A DNA stretch of 64,000 nucleotides from the human T2T-CHM13v2.0 reference genome, Homo sapiens: the NCBI RefSeq assembly GCF_009914755.1, contig NC_060931.1; one strand, 5' to 3'. The translations under genes and the position numbers were made by a program. Below, one piece after another: positions 27,795-42,590 of the stretch; position 1 is the stretch's first letter; every line of letters begins with the position of its first letter. The notes under the pieces are model-generated. The model had not been told where the DNA came from, did not search any database, and saw nothing but the letters and a program-made list of their open reading frames with translations.

Positions 27795-30110
27795 TCTTTG
27801 TTAATCCATTCAACAAGTACTAGTAACTGCTGGAAAAGACACTAAAAGATGGAGATGCAGGCTGGGTTTAAAAATGGGTCTGGGAGGAAGAGAGAAAACA
27901 ACAACAAGAATATGATAGGAAATGTTTGAGGAAGCAGAAGAGAGCCAATGCTTAGTAAGTAGTGGTATGAGACGGTTGATAGAAGAGGCTTTCTGGAGTA
28001 GCAGCTACTTGAAGTCATATTTGAAAGACAAGTGGAACTTGACAAAATTGAGCAGAGAGGGAAGTAACAATGAAGGCAAAGAGAATGTAAGACATGATGT
28101 GTTCAGTAACTTCAAGAGATTCAAATGACTGAGTCCAAGCTTGGTTCAGCAAAAGGTATGGAATGAGGGCAGGAGTGATAGGGAAGAGTGATAGGCCAGG
28201 CCAAGGGTCTTAAATACGATTCTGAAACATTTAGGTTATATTCTCAAAATAACGGAGAGATATTAGAAAATGAGAAGTCAGAGAGTAAAAAGATCATGTA
28301 AATGTATGTAAACATGATTAAATAATTTCCCTGACACTGAATGGATGGTAGCTTAAAGGGAGAACAGAAATCACAAAGACAAAGTCTAGTTAAGAGGTAA
28401 GAAATGAGATGGACTCAGACTAATTCAGTGGTGGTGAAAGGGATAAAGGGAAAAGAAGGGGAGGCCAAGTACAAGGAACTAGCTCAACAGAAATTCTGAA
28501 GGATGGACAGTAAGACTTCATGCACTGTTGGATATAGAAAGTGAAGGAGAGGAAGAATATGGGATGATTAGGGAGTTTCTCAGGTAGAGGATGATGGGAA
28601 ATTGTGGTATAGAAAGTAAGTATAGGAGAAATAACAGTTTAAAGGGACATTGACAGGTTCATTTTTATTGGTTCGATTAGAGGTGTTTGGGGGAGGCTCA
28701 AGTATAAATATACACTAGGCAATTGAATGGCATGGGTTTAAAGCTCTTGAAAGAGAAATCTCCATAGAAATTAAAGATCAATGTATAACTCCCAAAGGAG
28801 AGTGTACAGCGAAAGGAAGGAAATAAACAGTAGTGACAACTCTGGAAAGGTACATTTAAAGAACAAATAGAGGAACCTGAGTAGTAACTAGAAAAAGGAA
28901 TCCAAGAACAATGGTATCACAAAAGCCAAAGAAGGGAGAAGTTTCCAAAGAGAATAAAGAAGTATACAGTCATCAAATAAGGTGAGAAATTTATCCACCT
29001 TATCTTTGAGGAGAATGATACATGGAGAATGAGGAATCAGTGCTCCTTTTGGTTTTTAATAGAAGTGAGCCTATTTCTATGCAAAAAGAGAAAGGCAAGT
29101 AGAGAAGGAAATATCAAAGATTCAGGAGAGAACATGTAATTTATTGACAATGATGGGGTACAGGAAATGCCACCCCCAAATAGGGCACCTTGGCATTTAA
29201 GAAAACAGCAAAAGCAGGAAGGTCTTTCTGACCTTCTCCCACCAAGCAGACAATAAAGCCTAGGAAGATCACTGTCTGACCTTCTCCCTCCCTTCTTCGC
29301 TGAAGACTCTCATGTGGCGAGTGTCCTGCCCTATACCAAAGGGAAGGAACATCACACAGAGAGTCCAAGAAGTACTGAATAAACAAGTAGATCATACCCT
29401 TTCATCTTCCAGTCATACTTCTGCAATACTGTCCATAAAAACATATAGTTTTCCATAGGTCTTTGGGTCATTTTCTGAAGGCTCCTGTGTCACATAAAAT
29501 TTAATTCACATGCTTTTCTCTTGTTATCTATCTTTTATTTTATAGGAGATCTCAGCTGTGAATCCTGCAATAGGTAAGAAATCTTTTCTCCCCTACAACA
29601 GTCCTTTAAAAGGCTCCAGATATTTTTTCTAGTTTACCCCTCTATTCCAACATGAGAATGTGGAAGTGGGGGATGAATTAAGAAATAAGTAGAACCAAAG
29701 AGAAATCTAATCCATGGCTAGAAGAGAGGATAATTCTTCTCTGGAAAATGGAAAGAGAATGCAGATTTGAGGTAAATGGAAATAACTGGAATAACTAGAA
29801 CAAAAGTTGAGACAGTTTTACTTACTGCTCTCTATTTCCTTTGTAATGAAGGAGGACCAGTTATCTGTTAAGGGACAAGAAGTAGGTATTAAGGCAGACA
29901 GTTGAAAAGAAAAATGGGAGGCTTAAAAAGAATAGCTGGAAAGTATTTAAGGACTTGGCACTATACCGGAGGTCATCAGTTTCCACCGGTACTAGTCAGT
30001 ATGGCTATGTGAAATTCTTACTAGTACTAGTCTGAAGAGAGCAAGTTCAGAGAAAAAAGACATTCAGATGAATGTGGGGCAGATACCAGCAGGTGAAAAA
30101 GAAAAACAAG
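27795..30110 (-). mobile_element. L2 remnants (interrupted by an LTR at 29151-29597)
   Basis: Begins aatccattcaacaagta; long purine-rich tract typical of antisense L2. Confidence 0.55.
29151..29597 (+). mobile_element. MER39/MER34-family ERV1 solo LTR
   Basis: tgatggggtacagga...ccccaaatagggcaccttggcat start and ttttctcccctaca end; near-TSD acaa/acag. Confidence 0.8.
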
Positions 30111-31071
30111 GAAAGGCAAGTTGAAAGTCCTGACAATTTCAAGATCTCCACACATTCTAAATTAACAAGGACTACTAAAATATTTGCTAAAATGTTATTA
30201 TACTGTATTCATAAACAAGGCTTATCTCTTTATATCTTTTTCTATGGAACCAAGAATTTTATCATAATATTTATAAGAAACTGTGAAAATACCATATTAC
30301 CAGATTTCAAATTTTTATTTTTTGCATTTTTTGCCTGATAACTTATGAATATGCTGCAGAGACTAAATGAGGAGGGCTGAGTATACACATCACACTTTAA
30401 ATCACCTGACACAGGCATTTTTAAAAGAACAAAATCCTAAAATCATTGTGAAATCAAATTGCTCTAAGAAAGTTTAATAGTTTGAAAATCTTTCTCTTAG
30501 AAATAAATATATACAATCTTTGGCCAGCTCAAGAAAGTGCATGGCAACTCATGTATATCTGGTTGTACAGGTATAATAGACCTTGACTAATAGGTACATT
30601 GTTTCCATGAGAAAATACACAGAATTTTTCAAATATGCAGTGGCAAGAACACACTTAACACTGCTTGTTAGAAATGTATATTCCCTGACTTCAAGTCTCC
30701 AACAGTAACAGAAGTTTCAGTGTTATAAAGACAGGACTTAAACATGATAGCTAGTCAGAAGAGTAAGAACAATGGATGGTACTTGTGAAAGAAAACGATG
30801 AGAAGCTCCAGAGTTTCCGTATGCAGTCAAGGTACATATGCAACAGGACTATGTCTTATCCTTTTCCTAACTAGTGTTCATCACTGCTCCACTGCCCTCT
30901 TGAGACCCGTGCTCCTATGGCTCCTATGACCATATTCCCTGGTCTCTCTTCTTTTATATTATTATCATCTGACTCCTTTTCATTTTCCCAAAGCCAAATA
31001 TAGTCATTTCTCAGCATCTGTCTTTGATTTTACCTGCCATTCTCCTTCCTTACTTCTCTTTTTCTACTCCT

Positions 31072-31114
31072 TCTCCATATATAATCTCCATATATAATCT
31101 CCATATATAATCTC
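31072..31114. repeat. 3 x 13-bp tandem repeat (tctccatatataa)
   Basis: Direct read. Confidence 0.9.
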
Positions 31115-32974
31115 TAAATCTGAGCTCCAGTTCTATCTTAACTACCATTTGATCATTTCATCCAGATGTCCTACCATTCCTTTCAAATATGTATAAAATT
31201 GAACTCAATATCTTCCCCCCTCCCCATACTATAAACCCTCTATGTCCCTTCTCGTTGTTGGAAAATCATCTCCCCAGTCATCAGGGTCCATACCATCTTA
31301 TCCCTCCTCCAGTCCTTTGTTTAATAGTAGTATCTCAGCATTTTTCCAACACAGAGCTAATAGCCAAATGCATTGAGACCTTATTTTATACCATCTCTAT
31401 GCTAAAGTATTTAATATGCATTCTCTCATTTAGTCATCATAAAAACTAGGGTTCGTCTTTCACTGATGAGAAAAACTAAGAGATGAAGAAAATTTAGAAA
31501 AGGTAAGCAACACAGCCCCGCTAGCTTTTTCCTTTCAAAGACTTTTTAATCCAACCAACCTCACACATTTCCATGCATGTTGACTGTCCTTTTCCACATT
31601 CTGCCTTTGCTCTGTATATAACCTCTACCTGGAATTAATCTCCCACTTCCATCGCGAATGGATAAATCACACTAATATTCTAATATCACCTTTCACAACT
31701 TCCCAAACTAAAAATATTCTCGTCTCTCCACTAAACTTCAAAAGTCCTTTAATTGTGCTGTGCGCTTATTTCCTTATACTTTCAGAATTAGATAAATATA
31801 CATTTATTCTCATTTATCAATACATTTCCAAAATTTTTATGACAGTGCTTTGAATATAGCAGACACATAAGTATTTATTGAATAGAAAAGTAAATTGAAA
31901 TGAAATGCAATTGCACTACCATTTTTTTAAAAAAAATAGCTATCTTTATTTAATGTTTGAATGCGTATCTCTCCGTAATCCACATCAGAAAAAAAAAATG
32001 AACTGCTGGACCCATGCATCTGTAAATAGCATCCACTTTTCAACAAGTAGCAGATTATCAAAATTTAGACTTGATACTTTAAAGAAATGATTAAACCTCT
32101 AGAGTGCATGCCTTAAAATTCCAAATATTTTGTGTGTATTAATTGTCATAGAAAAAAAGTCTTATAATCCTTCTCTGTCCCTTCAATAACTCATTACAGA
32201 GTTGACTGGCAGTACAAGGTTTCTAAATGTTTGGTGTCTACAAATTCAATAAAATTTGAAGCAGTCACTAAAATATCTCTTAAAATTGAGGCAAATATTT
32301 TATTGAATAATTGAAAAAAATCTTTTATATCCTCTACTTCACTTTATTGTACAGAAACAGCCCAAATTCTAAAAATAAACATATAGAATATGCAGATTTT
32401 CATTAAGCATGAGAGAAAAAACTTGCCATTCAATTAATATTGTTCCTTTCAAGGTTGGATTTGTCTGTAATGTGGCTTTCAAAAGAGTAGTGCAGTGTAT
32501 AGTTCAGTAAACTCTTTATTTTCAAAACGAAAAAAATATGGTAATCCATTTCATTTTGTGTGCATGTGCAAAACAACAAATTCAGAAAAACACAAATTAC
32601 ACTTTGTGTAATCTACTGTAAAAGTATAACAGTTGAGTACAAAGTGTCCAGTGTGCATAGTTATCTATTTAATTGTTTTAAATCCTAAGCTAAAGAGAGA
32701 ATTTGCCTGGTTGGAACAATGCAGCCAAAATGATAGCTAAGAATTGTTATAATAGGTCCTATCCAAGATTAAACTGTCTTTCCTTCCTATATTTGATGTG
32801 GATAAGTCCTCTGGAAAAAATAATAATGTGTGTAAACAGATTTGTAAGAAAAGAATATTGAAACAGACCTTTTTTTCCATGCCCTTCCCAATTTATTCCA
32901 CTAGCAATTGTCACAGAGACAAAGAGGGAATGGGAACTATACCACAGAGAAAATGGAAAGGAAGAGGGCTTGTT

Positions 32975-33138
32975 GTGGGGTGGGGGGTGGGGGGAGGGAT
33001 AGCATTAGGAGATATACCTAACGCTAAATGACCAGTTAATGGGTGCAGCACACCAACATGGCACATGTATACGTATGTAACAAACCTGCACATTGTGCAC
33101 ATGTACCCTAAAACTTAAAGTATAATAAAAAAAAAAAA
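32975..33138 (+). mobile_element. 5'-truncated young L1PA (about L1PA3-4) 3' UTR insertion
   Basis: ggagggatagcattaggagatatacctaa...gtaccctaaaacttaaagtataat plus poly(A); perfect 13-bp TSD aagagggcttgtt. Confidence 0.95.
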
Positions 33139-35124
33139 AAGAGGGCTTGTTACAGTAAGGGATTTATAGGAGGGATAGTGGGAAAGTGAGATGTCTGTAC
33201 CACTCGGAGCCCTATCCTAAGGCAGTTCTCTGCTTTTTGCCACTATTTTTAAGAAATCGTTTATTTTTAACCGAAGCAAATAAGAGACATAGTTATGCCC
33301 TGTGGAGCTGGGGAAAAATTTAAATATCAAAAGATCTAACAAACTGACCACTTCAATTGTGTTGATGCATAAATAGCTTATCACAAATCTGAAGTAATAA
33401 GTTCATATATTTCAAAAGTCTAGTGTTCCACTTGCTATAAATACCCTACCAATGCCAAACTGTTCCTATTTTTGTTATATAATAAACCATCCACAGTGTT
33501 CCTGTAGTTGGGTAAAAATAACACAAGTAAGCCAAAGATTTAGATAACCTAGACATGAAATTTCGCTAAATATGCTTTTCTTATAACATGGATAAGTATA
33601 CAATTAATTGTTTTGGTATAAAGGGAGTGCTTGTTATCTACATTAAATCGTAGGATTGTTTGTGAGATGGGTGTCATGCCAGAAATGTTAGTTAGTTCCT
33701 GAAATTATTCTCAATTTAAACCATTTTCAATAACACTGCTGCTCTGTTTTTAGAAAGCTGTTTCAACTTGTGAAGTGCTTTAGTATTCCATTTTTGACTA
33801 GAGTAATCCTGTAAGAAAGGCAGAAAAGGATGTACTCATGCTAATCAGTGGAAAGGTAAAGTACTTGAGAGTAGGAAAAAAGACTATCACTAAACTCTGA
33901 TTCCTAAGCTGTTCATGTTTCTCTGCCTTCATTTTCTGTTTTTTTTTTCTGCTCGTGTGTGTGTGCGTGCATCTGTGTGAGTGTGCAGTTAATCCACATT
34001 ACAAATTTCATATTCATAGATCTCAAAGGCCATGAGATCTACTTTTGTTCATAAGATCTTCTTTTCATGAGATCTAAATTTATTTTCATGAGATCTTCTT
34101 TTCCACTATCTTGGATTGATTTTTGTTTTATCCAAGTATTTTTTTTCATCTTTTCTTTATTTTCTTCCTCAGCTGCAGCAATTTGCTTCCAGCTTCCAAG
34201 ACAACAAATAAAAATTATACTTTGGGGTTGATAGTAACATAGTTCCATGGATTAGCTGGGGGAGTGTTCTCATACATGAGATTTGTTCCCTGAAGCCTTG
34301 AGGGTTTTGTTTTTTATCCTTCCACATCACAATTAGTTACAACCTCTAGCATAGTCCCGGGTAGCCTGATGCCAGCCGAGGTGTCCCACGTGGCCACACA
34401 ATCTGCTGCTGGTGTTTCTATGAACCAAATGAGCTAAAATTCTAATTGCTCATTACAAAATCTCCATTCATTTTATTGAAGATCTTTCCCTTTATGGTTT
34501 ATCTGTGATTTTTCTCAGTCATTGCAAATTGTTCGCAAAATTTACTTCAGCCTAATTCGAGCATGTATTTAATTATTATTTAATTACCATGATATTACTT
34601 AATGTCATGGTAAAAATTTCCTTATTTTCTTTATTTCTATGAATTATTAGCTGATCATTCATAATATTTCCAATACTATAAAATCCTCCAATGCTTACTA
34701 CTTTTGGATTCTAACCTAAATGGTGAATCTACTTCCCCATATAGATCAGTATCTCCAGTCCAGCGCACTGAACTGTTTTACAAATATGTCAGCTTTGTCA
34801 TGCTCTTTAAATACGTTTTCTTTCTACTAAACTGAAATCACCTCTCGAATCCTCTTCAGCTACTGAAAATCACCCAAGTCTGGGCTTCAGGTCCCTCTTC
34901 TGGCCAATTCAAGTCCTCAAACTATCATAATTTTTTCTTTTCTCTGAGTATCTAAAATATGTACAGCCTGTCCTACAAAATGTTACACATACAGACATAC
35001 TGTTTTATATCAGTGTTATTTCTCCAACAATATTTAATTTCCTTGAATGGATGGGCCATAGCTTATCATGTTCTGAAACTATCTAGCACAGTTCTGAACA
35101 TACAGTGGCTACTTAAAAAACAAC

Positions 35125-35315
35125 AGGTAATATCTATTGAGCACCTATATGTCAGGAACTGTTCTAAACATGCTTTGTGAACATACTCTTTAATTCTCAC
35201 AAAAATCTATTGAGGTAGATACCGTTATTAGTCCTACTTTACAGATGAGGAAACTGAGGCATAGAGCGGTTAAGTTACTTACCAAAGGACACAAAATTAG
35301 TAAGTGGCAGAGCAG
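35125..35315 (-). mobile_element. MIR SINE
   Basis: tttacagatgaggaaactgaggcatagagcggttaagttactt core. Confidence 0.85.
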
Positions 35316-38300
35316 TTTGCCCTGAGAAGCCAAGAATGTATAACTCCATTAATAAATGCTAACTGGTGCCATGATCTGATTCATGGTTTGGTTTTCATTG
35401 TTAAACCACCAGATAGTAGCCCTCAACTCTCCTCTCATCAGAACTTGGAGATACCTCTTGTTTTCTAGTTTATAGACTGTCATAGCCCTAGGTTCAAAGT
35501 CTGTTTCATTGATAGAAAGAAAATAACATTTGCAGAAGTCTTTCTTTACATGGCAAGAAAAAAGGCTGTTACAGTTAGAAAATGAAGATTTAAAAACAAG
35601 AATACCTAAGTAGGTTCTTCCTTAAGACATCTCAGTGGAAATACATGCATATTAATAATTACCTAAATGCTATAATTTTTCCTCACGTTACATTTTTAAG
35701 TTTTCATCAGTATTTTCAAATTAAACAAGTACCATTTATTTTACTTACAACCAGAAGTTGTACTACTTTCATTAACATAACAAGACATCCTCAGTGTTAT
35801 GCATTAGGTCCACAGCAATTGATTCTGATATTATTTATAACATGCAAACAGACTTGACATACAATAGCAGGTTAGGTGGAGAGACAGCCCTGATATGTTT
35901 ATGAACATAAAATATTCTAAAAGCAACATTAAGTCCTTCAATATGCATAGAAAATATGACTATTTCAGCTGGCCTTCATTGTTTTTATGATGCAGGTTCA
36001 GATATACAAACAAATGTATGAATATAAAACCAGGACCCAAATTGACTCATGTGGCACTTCTTTTAAATATAGCCCATAGTGTAATTTGCTGACAGCTCTT
36101 CTAAGACAGGGTTTATTTAACAATCAAAAAGCTGTCAAAGCAAATATATTAACTTGCAAATTAGAAAGACAATAACTCTCTTTCTGAAAACCATCAGAAA
36201 AGAATATTGCCAAGTTAGTCCATCTTCAACTTTTTTATTTTTTTAACATTAAGTAAATGATTCTAGAGAAACAGGAATGAAGCCTTCAAATATGAGATGG
36301 TAAACATCTTTCTAGCTCAGAAAATATATTGCAATTTAATTGCTTTCAACCTTTTTGTCCTCACAGAACACGGTTCTCTTTGACCCTCTTTGCCTGAGCA
36401 GCATATACATTGCCCTTATGTTCCCCTCTGCTGGTCTGAGCACAGTGAACATTCTAAACAGAAGATTGTTTCTTAGATAGGAATTACAGCCAGCTCCCTT
36501 TCCTAACCTGCTCAATATAAATGAAAACCTAAACTACGTTTTTTACCAAACTGTTTTTCACCATTAATGCAGTAAAAATAACAATGAGAATTGTGTTTAA
36601 AAATAATGTTTATCAAATGGCAAAAAAGTTACAATTTTGAGCACTATCCAATAACCCCTTTCAGAAACTGTGAACCATTAGTGCAAAGTTTATATAAATG
36701 TCCAAGTAATACAGAAAAAGAAGTCATTTTTAATTTCTTGGTCATGTTTTCAACTATTTTTTAATTTGAATTGTTAAATGTTTCAAATTATGAAACATTT
36801 GCTAATGTTTAAAAAAATTATATAATTGCGATCTTTAATGTATTATATGTTGAAAAGCAGGTCAAAATCTAGGCAATTAAATTTTTTAAAATATTAAAAT
36901 ATTAGGCAGAAAAAGCACTTTGTATAACTAAATCCAATAGAAGCTTGCATATCATACGCTCAGTAGATTAAAAACATGCTTTAAGACATGACTAATGTAC
37001 GTACAGTTATTGGAGAAGGCTTTTTTAAACATTTTTCTAGTTAAATATTTAGTATCATATAATTTGCTAATACTAACAAAAGAGAAAAATCACAGTTTTA
37101 GCTATATTCTCTCTTATGGGGTAGCAAATGTCAAGATGGTTACTGGAATTTAAATTATTAACATAAAATGTGAAATAAACACTTTAAAACACAATAGTTG
37201 ATCTCATGAAAAGCCTCATTTGTGTTGATGTTTATATCTTTCATATTTCAAATAATTATTCCATAATTAGAAGCAAAGACTTGAAAACTGAATCATATTC
37301 AATCATCTCAGATACAGGTAGGAAGCATTTAACAAGCTCCGGTGAAAAGAGAATGGTATTTTAGCTTGAGGTCCCTGCTTAAGATGGCACGCCCATGTAA
37401 CTCACCATCTTTATGAAATATAAAAGAATCATGAAGCAGCCAGTAACATGAATTAAACATCAACATTCCAAATGAATTGTTGCAGTCTCCCAATTTTTTT
37501 GTCATTATTAGTCATTCTGTTACTGTTCCTAGTGCTCCATTTAGAGCACATCCCAACGTAGATTTCAACAAGCAGTTTTAAAATGGACCACCCTGTATTG
37601 TAACGTTAAAGTCTAAAGATTTCTGAGGCTAGATCTGTGAATCATATGTGATTCAGCAGCCTCCCACAGGCCTGACAACCCTTATATTCTCTCTCAAAAT
37701 GTTCCTTCTGTAGAAGAGAGGCTGAATGGACTCCTTTATCACCATTCAGGAAATACAAAAGGACTTGAGCACATGCAATCCATTAGAATTCACACTACCT
37801 GTTTTAGGTCACCTGCAGTAATGGAGGAAAAAAGGCCCTTCAGTGCATCTCCTGCTGTCTGCAGAACTGTCTTTTCAACTACCCTACATGTATTTTCCCA
37901 AAGCTCTGGTTTATCCTCTCATGTCTCTTGATCATATCAGGGAAATAGTGGCCTCATACTCATTTGTATCACCGTTGGACATCTTGTAAGCGAACCTTGA
38001 ACTGAGATTATTTCTCCAATTACTGCAAGTAATAAATAATATTTTCAAATACTTCCAGAAACTGCAGAAGAAAACATCATGGTCTTTTAGTCCAGTTCTT
38101 AATAAATGGAAGCCTCCTTTATACATTACACATGAAAAATTATCATGGTAATTCTCTCAAATACTTCCTGCAATGGGCATTCATTACCCTACTAAAAACC
38201 TTTTTATTTAGGCACAAACTGTCAGAAAGTTCTGCTAGGTGCAAAAGAAATGATGGTATAATTGTCGTATGAATTGTCAGGCAACCCCCTGAAATAAGAC

Positions 38301-38470
38301 CTATTCTTTACATACACTTCTACATTGCTTAATTTTTCAATGATTATTATCACTTTGAAATGCCTAAGTTATAAAAATTTCAGAAAAGAAATTAAGTGTC
38401 CTCAGGCATCCAATTTCTAATGCCTACCAAAAGAACACATAAAATAGTCTCTTATAATTTATGCAGCTGA

Positions 38471-38829
<359 letters not shown>

Positions 38830-39216
38830 TGTTTGTCTTTATCCTTAGATTTAACTAGAATGAAAGGAGTGAATAAAAGTACATGCATGCAAAGGGCAAG
38901 GTGAGACTTTTTATCTTGACCTTATTAAAAGAAAAGCAAATCAGCAACTAAGGGCGAAATAAGTAGTAATGATAATAAACATCTTACATATGTTTTGGAT
39001 AAATACTTTCTGACCAGGTGGTGTTCAGGCAGCACTAGACATACTAAATTCTAGGACCTAGGCTTGGAGTTAATGGATGGACTGGGTCTGATTCTCCAGC
39101 CGGGTTCTTCAGACTATAGATCTAAGGAGAATCAATAGCCAGTGTCCAAGGACAAAGCTGAAGCCAAGAACCAAACAAGTAGCCCAAAGGAATATGATTC
39201 AAAAAGGTTGGGTGAA

Positions 39217-39497
39217 GGCAGGGCCCGGGGGCTCACACCTGTAATCCCAGCACTTTGGGAGGCCGAGGTGGACAGATTGCTTGAGGCCAGGAGTTCAAGA
39301 CCAGCCTGGCCAACATGGCAAAACCCTGTCTCTACGAAGAAAAAAAAATAGCTGGGCATGGTGGCTTATGCCAGCTACTCAGGAGGCTGAGACACAAGAA
39401 TCACTTGAACCCAGGAGGCAGAGGCTGCAGTGAGCAGAGATCATGTCATTGCACTCCAGCCTGGGTGATAGAGACCTGTGTCAAAAAGAAAAAAAAA
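39217..39497 (+). mobile_element. Alu (older S/J type)
   Basis: Dimeric Alu with small deletions; diverged TSD aaaaaggttgggtgaa/aaaaagtttggcagaa. Confidence 0.92.
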
Positions 39498-41484
39498 GTT
39501 TGGCAGAAAGATTGCAGGGTTCTGGCTAGGGCACTGCAGCTGGAGACAAGAACATAGCAAATGTCAAAGATAGAGCAAATCAATTGAGAACTATGGATCT
39601 AGCTCAAGAAGTTCATAGCATGATTAAGGACCTATTTATAGAGTCCCTGCATTGTTGTCCACCTGTGGATATAAAGGTAAAAGCCCTGACTGGTTAAGAG
39701 AAATGGTCAAAAAGTTTTGTTTAAAGACCTCCACTCTGTATGTAGTTTCTTGCCCTGGGATACCAAACTGCACCATGCTAAATGCCACTAAAATGAGAAA
39801 TTAATCTGGTTTTTCTTATTTCTGTAATAAAACTGCTATCTAAGAAGTGCATAATATGCTTCTTTTATGTTAATGCCAGGGCTCGAATTAGAATCTTATT
39901 CTTGACCCTCCCAATCAGATTCTTCCTGCTAGATTTTTCAAAAGCACATGGAAATCACCTTGGATAAATTCAAGCATAGTGTATATACTTTCCATCCAAA
40001 GAAAACTTCTCTGTCAGGACTGTGCGAAAAGGTTTCTAATTGCCATCCCAGCTGGTCTTGTTCCCTGTGTTCAGTTTTCTGATGGGACAGAAGGGAAAGT
40101 TTATGGAATGAATGGGCAGACAATAGGATTAATGCAAGAGACTCTGTTGTGTTCATCGCAATGTCTTTCCTCTTCAGTAGAGACATTCAGGGAGGGCATA
40201 AAGCTAGGAAACCCAGGGGAAATAACACATTCCTGATTGACCAATTCTCCCTCAATTTATAACACAGCCACCTGGCACTAGATAAGACTAAAAAAGGGAA
40301 AATAAAACAAGGAATTGAAAGAGATTCAGATAACCCAAAGGAAAACAGATTGAGAGAAGGCATGAGGGACAAGGACATCTGGAAGTTGGGAGAAGTGGGG
40401 AAGACAGTAGAAAAAGGAGACTAGAAAGGAACGCACATTTTAGAAAAAGGATGTGGGGTTTCCCTTAAAAATGAAAATTTACTTTTGCACATTAAAAAAA
40501 ATTGGCCTTCCACCAAAAACTGTAAACAATGCACTATCTAATGCACTACTGTTCAAATATTCATTGCAACTTTTAAGGTATACAATTTTCAGTTCTCTAG
40601 ACTAAAATGACATAACCTTTAACACATATATGATGAAACATATGATTACTTTGGTTTATTTTACATGGAACTGTGAAGACAATTCTCTTATAAGACTATT
40701 TTTATTCAGAAGAAAGTATTTTTGTTTACATTCAATTTATTCTCAGGAAAATAATGTTCATTGATTTTCATTACTCAAGAATACATCCTTTCATTGTGAG
40801 TAAGGGATTCAAATAACATTGATTTTTGTGGTGTAGACCAATGACAGATCAATGAATAGATGGTGTTTTGTTTATAGCAGTCATTGGGTTGGCTACATAG
40901 AGAAATGAAGTTCATAATTGTGCATCTCTACATTTTTAGCTACGCTTTTGAGCCTTTCCATGAAAGACACATTAATTATTTCATTTATCTAAATACTGAA
41001 GAGCTATACGTTACTTCTAAATATTAGGTAGTCATCTTTCACATTGTCCTGAAGTGTTATAGGTGGCTAATTGGAGAGATTTGAAGACAGCCTGAACTTA
41101 TATTGCACAATTTGCATGACCCTCCTAGTTATTTTCTCCTGAACACAGTTAGATGACAGACAAGAATATTGGGTACTCAAGCTACTACTGGGAGGAGGTC
41201 TTTGTTGTTCTCTATCATTCTGACAGGGGGCCTCTTTACTCCCTACTCTCTTAGCCAGTGAATGGAGAAACGTTAGCACTGAGAGCCTCAAAAGGGAAAA
41301 GGAACCAAATGGCAAATAATACCAAAGCCAACTCTCCTCCTAGACCACTCGTTGCTACAGCACAGATATATAGGCCCATATACTCACTTTCACTTTGGGG
41401 AACAGAATGAAATTTTGGTCTTGAACTTGTGTCATCCGTAGTATTTGACACCGTCATTGAAAAGCAGTTCCTTTTATTCTAATA

Positions 41485-42590
<1,106 letters not shown>

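Noticed and set aside
37590-38240. Possible CR1/L3 remnant
   Set aside because: Resemblance too weak to call without an alignment
39632-39641. Perfect MEF2 consensus CTATTTATAG
   Set aside because: A single site in AT-rich, probably repeat-derived DNA; not informative alone
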